From positions 1-51,515 of the forward strand of contig JBOGHY010000036.1 of NCBI GenBank assembly GCA_050742375.1: a DNA stretch of 51,515 nucleotides, in the 5' to 3' direction. The notes under the pieces were generated by a model. The model was not told where the DNA came from. It saw nothing but the letters and a program-made list of their open reading frames with translations, and did not search any database. The DNA comes from Acidimicrobiales bacterium. Its GTDB lineage: Bacteria > Actinomycetota > Acidimicrobiia > Acidimicrobiales > Bog-793. The translations under genes were made by a program, and so were the position numbers. Shown here piece after piece: positions 45,280 through 51,515 of this stretch. Every line of letters begins with the position of its first letter. Within the stretch, counting starts at the first letter, position 1.

Positions 45280-46263
45280 ATGTCCGCCATGAGAGATCCA
45301 CGCTTGGAGCACTCCGGTCCGATCGGTCCGCTACAGCCGACCGGTCCGGCACGGGACTTCGTCGGCTACGGCCCCCTGCCTCCGGCGGTGAGCTGGCCAG
45401 GTGGCGCCAAGCTCGTCGTGAGCGTCGTGTTGAACTACGAGGCCGGAGCCGAGTACAGCCTTGCCGAGGACGGCCGCAACGACACATGGGGCGAGTACTC
45501 CTACGAGGTGGGACCCGAAGTCCGCGACCTCGGCACCGAGACGCACTTCGAGTTCGGCAGTCGGGCGGGCGTGTGGCGCCTCGCCCGCCTCTTCGACCGG
45601 CTCGGCGTGCCGATCTCGGTCGGAGCTTCGGCGCTATCGCTCGAGCGCAACCCAGCAGTCGCCGAGTGGATCGTCGGCTCGGGCCACGAGGGTCTCGCGC
45701 ACGGCTACCGCTGGGCCGAGTGCTCGCAGATGACACGGGAGGAGGAGCGATCACAGATGCTTCGGGCCGTCGAGGTCTTCGAACGCCTGACGGGCGGACA
45801 TCCGGCCGGCTGGTACGTCAGGTCGTTCCCGAGCATTCACACGCGCGAGCTCGTCGTCGAGGAGGGAGGCTTTCTTTACGACTCAGATGCCTGCAACGAC
45901 GAGCTGCCTTACTTCGTCGACGTCAGGGGCACGCCGTTCCTCGTCGTCCCCTACTCGAAGGTCTACAACGACACCCGCTATCTCTTGGCGCCGACCTACT
46001 CGGTACCGCGGCACTTTTGCGAGAGCCTCAGAGACGGCGTCGAGTACCTCTGCGAGGAGGTCGAGCAGGGCTGCCCGCCGAAGATGATGACGATCGGGGT
46101 CCACGCCCGCTGGAGCGGACAGGCGAACCGGGCGTCGGCGCTCCGCGACTTTTTCGAGTGGGCCCTCGAGACCGAGGGCGTGCTCTTCATGCGTCGCGTA
46201 GACATAGCGCGCTGGTGGCTCGACCATCACCACGAGTGGGCGCGCCGGCCCAACGGGGGATGA
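45280..46263 (+). CDS. Polysaccharide-deacetylase-fold hydrolase, PuuE-allantoinase-like
   Basis: RDFVGYGPLPPAVSWPGGAKLVVSVVLNYEAGAEYS parallels the PuuE N-terminus. Contains HGYRW. The start may be ATG 45280, ATG 45289 or a downstream TTG. Confidence 0.8.
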   Translation: MSAMRDPRLEHSGPIGPLQPTGPARDFVGYGPLPPAVSWPGGAKLVVSVVLNYEAGAEYSLAEDGRNDTWGEYSYEVGPEVRDLGTETHFEFGSRAGVWRLARLFDRLGVPISVGASALSLERNPAVAEWIVGSGHEGLAHGYRWAECSQMTREEERSQMLRAVEVFERLTGGHPAGWYVRSFPSIHTRELVVEEGGFLYDSDACNDELPYFVDVRGTPFLVVPYSKVYNDTRYLLAPTYSVPRHFCESLRDGVEYLCEEVEQGCPPKMMTIGVHARWSGQANRASALRDFFEWALETEGVLFMRRVDIARWWLDHHHEWARRPNGG

Positions 46264-46276
46264 AGCGCGACTTGAT

Positions 46277-47080
46277 CTAGGACCAGGGAGTCGACGGCCG
46301 TTCCTGCAGCTCCCCATCGACGTAGAGGGCGTCGACCTTCTCGTCGTAAAAGCAGATGTGGTTCTCGATCTTCGGGCATTCGGGGATCGGTAACGGGTAG
46401 CACCACGCGGTGTCCTTCACCAGGTGCTCACCGACTCTCACCGAGTAGTAGGTGGCCTCGCCCTTGTAGGGGCAGCGGCTCGTCGATTCGGACGGCTCGA
46501 GGAGGTCGAGGCGGACGTCGAGCTTCGGGATGTAGTAACGGGTCGGCAGGTGCGTCTCGAACAAGAGCCGCGGCCGGCGAGTCTCGGCGACTCTCTCGCC
46601 TGCTATCTCGACGACGACGTGGCGCGAGCTCTGCAGCACGTCGACCCGCTTGTAAGGATCCCTCGGATGGACGTAGACCTCGTCATCCTCTTCGAACCAG
46701 GCATCCATCTTCGACCAGTAAAATGCCACCAGACCCGAAAGCTCGCCCGGCGCGCCGGGAAGCGGATCGACATAGCGCCAGGCGGCGTTCTCTGCAAGGC
46801 GGTCGCCGACCTTCACCGAGTAGTAGCTAGCCTCGCCCTTGTAAGGGCAGCTCGTTCGGTGGTCACTTGGGGCGAGCAGGTCCGCCCGGACGTCTTCGTC
46901 GGGGAAGTAATAGACCGGGAGGTGTCCCGTCTCGAACATCGTCCTCACCTGTGTCGAGTCCGCGACGGGCTTACCGGCGAAGCATGCCCTCACGCGCTTC
47001 GGACAGCTCTCGAAGCGGACGGCGTGCTCGCCTCCACTGTCTCCGCCGGTGGTCCTTCGGTCCTCGAGCATCTGGCTCAT
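46277..47080 (-). CDS. Tandem DUF427 domain protein
   Basis: Two DUF427 repeats, each ending in CPYKGEA(S/T)YYSV. ATG 47080 follows AGGAG and overlaps the ATPase stop (ATGA). Confidence 0.8.
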   Translation of the reverse strand: MSQMLEDRRTTGGDSGGEHAVRFESCPKRVRACFAGKPVADSTQVRTMFETGHLPVYYFPDEDVRADLLAPSDHRTSCPYKGEASYYSVKVGDRLAENAAWRYVDPLPGAPGELSGLVAFYWSKMDAWFEEDDEVYVHPRDPYKRVDVLQSSRHVVVEIAGERVAETRRPRLLFETHLPTRYYIPKLDVRLDLLEPSESTSRCPYKGEATYYSVRVGEHLVKDTAWCYPLPIPECPKIENHICFYDEKVDALYVDGELQERPSTPWS

Positions 47081-49221
47081 AATGGGTCTCCTGTCATGCC
47101 CCCTTGTTCTCGCGCCTTGTCGGCGTCCGAGGATTGCAGTCTGCGAAGCTCGGCGATCGGGATGTGGCAGCGCATCTCGTGGCCCGGTTCCACCTCCACC
47201 AATGGTGGCTCGCTCGACTCGCAGAGGCCGTTCGACAATCGCCGCGGGCATCGGGTGTGGAAGACACAACCGGACGGGGGATCGGCCGGGCTCGGGATCT
47301 CCCCCATCAGCCTTATGCGCTCTCGGGCTTCCCCGTCAAGGCTCGGCACCGCCGAGAAGAGCGCCTCGGTGTAGGGGTGATGAGGGCCGGCAAAGACGGT
47401 TTCGGCGCTGCCGCACTCCATCACGCGGCCGAGATACAGAACTGCGATGCGATCCGCGATGTAGCGGACGACGCCGAGGTCGTGCGAGATGAAGACGTAG
47501 CTCACGTGTTCCCGGCCCTGCAGGTCGCTGAGCAGGTTGAGTATCGCCGCCTGCACCGAGACGTCGAGCGCGGAGGTGGGCTCGTCGCAGACGAGGACGG
47601 CGGGAGATCCGGCAAAGGCCCGAGCGATCGCTACGCGCTGCTTCAAGCCTCCAGACAGCTGGGCGGGGCGCATCGGGAGGTGGCGCTCCTCCATTCGTAC
47701 GGACGAGACGATGTCGAGCAGCCTTGTATTGAGGGGTTCCCCCGATAGCCCTGCCAGCTTCGAAAGGGCGCGAGCGATTATGTGCCGGACGCTGTGCCGC
47801 CTGTTTAGCGCCGAGTCGGGGTTCTGGAAGACGATCTGCATGGCCCTTAGCTGGTCGCGTCCGCGCTTCTGGCAAGTCGGCGCGAGCGCGCCGTCGTGCA
47901 GCTCGATGACAGAGCCGGGATCGGGTGCCGTCAGCCCGACGAGGAGACGGGCGAGCGTGGTCTTGCCGCAGCCGGACTCTCCGACGAGCCCAAGGGTCTC
48001 GCCTGCCCTGAGCTCGAGGTCGACCCCGACGACGGCACGGACGTGCTGGCCGCGGGTCACGAATGTCTTCGACACGTCGCGCAGTCGGATCACGGCGTCC
48101 CCCCCGACCTTGGCCGTCTCGAGCCCGTGGGTTCCGCCGGGCACCGCCGCTGCGGCCCCGCCGGGCACCGCGCCGTCGAGGTCCTCGGGAGTCATCCGGG
48201 GCAGCTCAGGCGCCCGCCCGTGGAAATGGCACCTCGAGGTCCGAGCGGCAGTTATCTCGTACAAAGGCGGTGCTTCCTCGACGCAGCGCTGCTCGGCCAG
48301 AGCGCAGCGCTTCGCGAAGACGCAGCCGATCGGGACCTCGTCGGGCGCCGGCAGGAAGCCGGGGATCGTGTCGAGCCGGCCGTGGTCCTTGCGGTGGCCG
48401 CGACGCGGGATGCAGCGGAGCAGACCGACTGTATAGGGGTGGCGGGGCTGCTCGAAGATCTCTTGTGCGGGGCCCTGCTCCACGATCTCGCCGGCGTACA
48501 TGACGCCCACGCGATCGCACATCTTCGCGATGACGCCGAGGTTGTGGCTGATGAACAGGACGGAAGTGTGGAACTGGTCGTGCAACGCGGCTACGAGATC
48601 GAGGACCTCGGCCTCGACTGTGGCGTCAAGGGCGGTCGTGGGCTCGTCCAGGATGAGAAGCGCCGGGTCCGAGGCGAGCGCCATGGCGATCACCACCCGC
48701 TGCAGCATGCCCCCGGACAGCTGGTGCGGGTACGAGCGCAGCACGCGGACCGGGTCGGGGATTTGCACCCGTTTGAGCGCCTCTCCCGACAGCTCCAGTG
48801 CGTCGACCTTGTTGTGGCCCGCTACCTTGAACGCCTCGGTGACCTGGCGCCCGACTCGAAGCGACGGGTTGAGCGCACGGCCAGGCTCCTGGTAGACGAC
48901 AGAGACTGTGCTGGCCCTCAGGTGGCGGAGGGCTCGCTTGCCCATCGAGGTGAGGTCTCTTGCGTTCACCTCGATCGACCCTGCGCTGATGCGCCCGTTT
49001 CTTGGCAGGTAGCGAGTTATCGCGAGCGCAGTCGTCGACTTTCCGCAGCCGGACTCTCCGACGATGCCGAAGGCCTCACGCTTCGCGATGTCAAAAGAGA
49101 GGTCGCGAAGCGTCAGGCGGTCCTTCCCCCTCACGCGGTAGGTGACGTCCAAGTTGCGGACGGCGAGGGTGGGAACCGTATCAAGGCCGGCATCGAGGTC
49201 GGTGGGAGCGGCGAGAGTCAT
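47077..49221 (-). CDS. ABC transporter ATP-binding protein, fused double NBD (DppD/DppF type)
   Basis: Two Walker A motifs (GESGCGKST and GESGCGKTT) and two LSGG signatures. ATG 49221 overlaps the permease stop (ATGA). The 316 upstream codons in the track ORF are noise. Confidence 0.9.
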   Translation of the reverse strand: MTLAAPTDLDAGLDTVPTLAVRNLDVTYRVRGKDRLTLRDLSFDIAKREAFGIVGESGCGKSTTALAITRYLPRNGRISAGSIEVNARDLTSMGKRALRHLRASTVSVVYQEPGRALNPSLRVGRQVTEAFKVAGHNKVDALELSGEALKRVQIPDPVRVLRSYPHQLSGGMLQRVVIAMALASDPALLILDEPTTALDATVEAEVLDLVAALHDQFHTSVLFISHNLGVIAKMCDRVGVMYAGEIVEQGPAQEIFEQPRHPYTVGLLRCIPRRGHRKDHGRLDTIPGFLPAPDEVPIGCVFAKRCALAEQRCVEEAPPLYEITAARTSRCHFHGRAPELPRMTPEDLDGAVPGGAAAAVPGGTHGLETAKVGGDAVIRLRDVSKTFVTRGQHVRAVVGVDLELRAGETLGLVGESGCGKTTLARLLVGLTAPDPGSVIELHDGALAPTCQKRGRDQLRAMQIVFQNPDSALNRRHSVRHIIARALSKLAGLSGEPLNTRLLDIVSSVRMEERHLPMRPAQLSGGLKQRVAIARAFAGSPAVLVCDEPTSALDVSVQAAILNLLSDLQGREHVSYVFISHDLGVVRYIADRIAVLYLGRVMECGSAETVFAGPHHPYTEALFSAVPSLDGEARERIRLMGEIPSPADPPSGCVFHTRCPRRLSNGLCESSEPPLVEVEPGHEMRCHIPIAELRRLQSSDADKAREQGGMTGDPL

Positions 49222-50147
49222 TGGATGAGCACCGCCTCGATGGAGTCGGAAATGAGGTTCACGGCGACGATGAGCGAGGCAATGGCGAGCGCCGGGAAGA
49301 GCGTCTCCCACCAGTACCCGGCCGCGAGGTACTGGTAGTTGGCGGCGATGTCGGCTCCCCAGTCCGGAGTCGGCGGCTGGATGCCGAAACCGAGGAAAGA
49401 GAGCGTCGCGACGGTGAAGATGGCGTAGCCAAGGCGCACCGTGAACTCGACGAGGACCGGCCCGAGGACGTTTGGGAGCATCTCGACGAACATGATGTGG
49501 ACGGCGCTTTCGCCCCGTAGGCGCGCTGCGGCCACGTAGTCGAGGTCGCGCTCCTGGAGGACGGCGGTACGGACCGTGCGGCTGATGATGAGGGCGAAGA
49601 CGAAGCCGATCACCAAGATGAGCGTGACCGTCGAGGGCCCGGTCGCCACGATGAAGATAAAAGCCACGATGACGACCGGAAGGGCAAGGACCGCATCGAC
49701 GAGCCGCCCGACGAGGTTGTCGAGGATGCCCCGAAAAAAGCCCTGCAAGAGGCCGACTGCCGTACCGGTGGCGGTGCCGAGGAGCGTGGCGAGCGGCGCG
49801 ACTATGAGGATGTCGCGGGCGCCGACGATCACCCTCGCGAGCATGTCGCGTCCGAGCGAGTCGGTCCCGAACCAGTTGACGGCGGACGGAGGACCGTTGG
49901 TGAGAAGCAGGTTCTGCGAGAGGGGGTTGTGGGCGCTGAAGGTTGGCCCGAACACGGCGCACACCACCCACCACAAAAGCATCAGCGCCCCTACCACGAA
50001 GGCCTTCGAGCGGAGAAGCTGAGAGACGTGCTCCTGGCGGATGCGGCCGGCCGACACATCGGTCGCGCCCGCCGCCGCCCGAGGTGGCTGCTGTACAGGC
50101 TCGGAAAGGACCACCGCGGGGGAGCCGACTCCGGTTCCGGTGCTCAT
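49218..50147 (-). CDS. ABC transporter permease (DppC/OppC type)
   Basis: ATG 50147 overlaps the upstream stop (ATGA). Contains the N-terminal motif FGTDSLGRDMLARV and an EAA-loop region. Confidence 0.9.
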   Translation of the reverse strand: MSTGTGVGSPAVVLSEPVQQPPRAAAGATDVSAGRIRQEHVSQLLRSKAFVVGALMLLWWVVCAVFGPTFSAHNPLSQNLLLTNGPPSAVNWFGTDSLGRDMLARVIVGARDILIVAPLATLLGTATGTAVGLLQGFFRGILDNLVGRLVDAVLALPVVIVAFIFIVATGPSTVTLILVIGFVFALIISRTVRTAVLQERDLDYVAAARLRGESAVHIMFVEMLPNVLGPVLVEFTVRLGYAIFTVATLSFLGFGIQPPTPDWGADIAANYQYLAAGYWWETLFPALAIASLIVAVNLISDSIEAVLIQ

Positions 50148-51097
50148 TCGGCGGCCTCGAGACGGACACGAGGGTTCAGGAGGGAGGCAAGCACGTCGGC
50201 GACAAGGGTGGCGACGAGGTAGACGATGCCGATCACGAGCACTCCGGCCTCGAGCATCGGGAAGTCCTTGTCCGTGGCCGCGGTGAAGATCAGCCGGCCG
50301 ATTCCCGGGTAGTTGAAGAGCGTCTCGACGACGACGAGGCCGCCGATCAGATAGCCCGTCTGAGTCGCTATGACCGTGATGGTCGGAAGGAGCGAATTGC
50401 GAAGGACGTGGCGGCTGATCACCGCCCTTCTCGAAAGACCCTTCAGGGTGGCCGTTCGGACGTAGTCCGAGTCGAGGGCTTCGATCGTGCCGGCGCGGGC
50501 CATCCTCGCGATGTAGCCGAAGAGGATGAAGACCATCGGGACGACCGCGAGGATGAGATAGCGGAGCTGGCCGACGAGATCTGAGCCGGGGGGCGCGCTC
50601 GCGGTGACCGGGAGCCACTTGAGCTCGATGCCGAAGACGACTATCAGCACGATGCCCGAGACGAACTCGGGAACCGTCGACAGTGACAGCCCGAAGATGC
50701 TGATGACTCGGTCGACGGCCCGCCCCCGGTTGAGGGCGGCAGCCACGCCGCCGAGTATCCCGAGCGGCACCACCACGACGAAGGCGAAGATCGCCAGCTT
50801 CAGAGAGTGCGCGATGGCGGGGAAGAGAAATGAGCTGACAGGCGCGTGGTACTGATAGGACGTGCCCATGTGCCCGCGGACGAAACCGGAGATCCAGCGC
50901 CAGTACTGGTCGGCGAGCGGCCGGTCGAGGCCGAGGCCACGGTCGAAGGCCCTCACGGCAGATTCCGACGCAAAGGGCCCGAGGACGGCGCGCCCGGGAT
51001 CTCCGGGCAGGACCTGGCCGGCGAAGAAGATGATGAGGCTGAGCAGCACGAGGGTCACGACCGCGAGCCCAAGACGCCTCAGCACGTAGCTGCTCAA
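50144..51097 (-). CDS. ABC transporter permease (DppB/OppB type)
   Basis: TTG start follows GGGAG. N-terminus YVLRRLGLAVVTLVLLSLIIFF and motif DYVRTATLKGLS. Confidence 0.85.
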   Translation of the reverse strand: MSSYVLRRLGLAVVTLVLLSLIIFFAGQVLPGDPGRAVLGPFASESAVRAFDRGLGLDRPLADQYWRWISGFVRGHMGTSYQYHAPVSSFLFPAIAHSLKLAIFAFVVVVPLGILGGVAAALNRGRAVDRVISIFGLSLSTVPEFVSGIVLIVVFGIELKWLPVTASAPPGSDLVGQLRYLILAVVPMVFILFGYIARMARAGTIEALDSDYVRTATLKGLSRRAVISRHVLRNSLLPTITVIATQTGYLIGGLVVVETLFNYPGIGRLIFTAATDKDFPMLEAGVLVIGIVYLVATLVADVLASLLNPRVRLEAAE

Positions 51098-51369
51098 GGG
51101 AGCTCCCGGGACTTTCTGCTACAGCCTCGCTGCGGGACCGGGATCAAGCGTTTCCTCATCTGTCCTCCGAGGTCGGCACGTTGGCCCACGGCACGAGCGC
51201 TGGAGCGCCCCAATGTAGCTGCCGAGGGTCCGGTCCGACCATCGCCCGGTGTTCAATAGAGCTCACCGGTTCGGGCTCTCCTTGGACATCGGTGCAGTCT
51301 CCTTTTGGTGGGTTGTCGACCTAGAAGACCCATGGGTTCCCACCGGGAGGAGGCCCCGCTTCATGGCAT

Positions 51370-51515
51370 TCAGTGAAGCTCGTAGCGTGTGACTGCGCGC
51401 TCGTCGTACTCAATCCCTATACCTGGACGTTCGCTCAGGACGGCGGCACCGTCACGCACCTGCAGCCTCGTCTCTTCCGTTAGGAGCGTTTCAAAGTTGT
51501 AGATGCCCTTGTCCA
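51370..51515 (-). CDS. 3' end (partial) of an enolase-superfamily (mandelate racemase/muconate lactonizing enzyme-like) gene
   Basis: Translated by hand: ...DKGIYNFETLLTEETRLQVRDGAAVLSERPGIGIEYDERAVTRYELH*. The PGIGIEYDE...RY ending is typical of MR/MLE C-termini. The gene runs off the window. Confidence 0.5.
   Translation of the reverse strand, partial: DKGIYNFETLLTEETRLQVRDGAAVLSERPGIGIEYDERAVTRYELH

Noticed and set aside
47077-50169. 1030-aa reading of the ABC ATPase ORF, and the 466-aa reading of the permease ORF 49218..50618
   Set aside because: The N-terminal extensions are Arg/Pro-rich and overlap the upstream genes. Internal ATG codons at 49221 and 50147 form ATGA stop-start overlaps and give normal-length proteins.
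51328-51337. Perfect 10-bp palindrome ACCCATGGGT upstream of the ABC operon
   Set aside because: About 50 perfect 10-bp palindromes are expected by chance in a window this size, and there is no supporting promoter context.
1-51515. CRISPR arrays, tRNA/rRNA genes, integrases, toxin-antitoxin or defence-system genes
   Set aside because: I scanned intergenic regions and the ORF translations. I found no regularly spaced repeats, no cloverleaf-like low-GC islands, and no nuclease, ATPase or integrase signatures. The only mobile-element trace is the transposase remnant at 40491-40640.

Overview
High-GC (Actinomycetota-like) chromosomal window with about 45 tightly packed CDS. I saw no rRNA, tRNA or CRISPR array. 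Long ORFs occur on both strands throughout, as expected at this GC content. I called genes only where the translated product has recognisable family motifs or clear operon context. The track's leading M is often a GTG or TTG start, so several starts were re-derived from the DNA.

Layout:
- 1-4.9 kb: small conserved hypotheticals, a MarR-DUF488 fusion and an amidase.
- 4.9-10.6 kb (minus strand): operon of a family-5 solute-binding protein (SBP), an ADP-forming acyl-CoA synthetase, a crotonase and a Zn alcohol dehydrogenase.
- 10.8-18.7 kb: BHMT-like homocysteine methyltransferase, trimethylamine/dimethylamine dehydrogenase homologue, and a cupin-EtfB-EtfA-EtfD-like operon.
- 18.9-21.4 kb: APC permease, USP-like protein and a Zn-ribbon membrane protein.
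- 21.5-29.1 kb: N-methylglutamate (NMG) pathway for methylamine (gmaS, mgsABC) plus an unusual split dehydrogenase module.
- 29.4-31.4 kb: UbiX/UbiD pair.
- 31.5-42.3 kb: cyclic amidohydrolase, urocanase homologue, DUF917 desulfurase-like protein and M20 carbamoylase. These are followed by three paralogous aromatic-amino-acid-lyase homologues that all lack the Ala-Ser-Gly MIO triad. The first of the three carries an N-terminal rhodanese domain.
- 42.4-51.1 kb: Dpp/Opp-type ABC importer, second SBP, Gfo/Idh/MocA oxidoreductase, PuuE-like deacetylase-fold hydrolase and a tandem DUF427 protein.
- 51.37 kb to the end: 3' end of an enolase-superfamily gene.

Main hypothesis: this is an integrated catabolic island for ergothioneine or another N-alpha-trimethyl histidine-type betaine. 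A cofactor-less lyase would release trimethylamine. The thio-urocanate arm would be taken to glutamate by the Ert-like genes. The trimethylamine would be oxidised by the adjacent TMADH/ETF/EtfD and NMG modules. Function is inferred from motifs and gene order only. No database search was possible.
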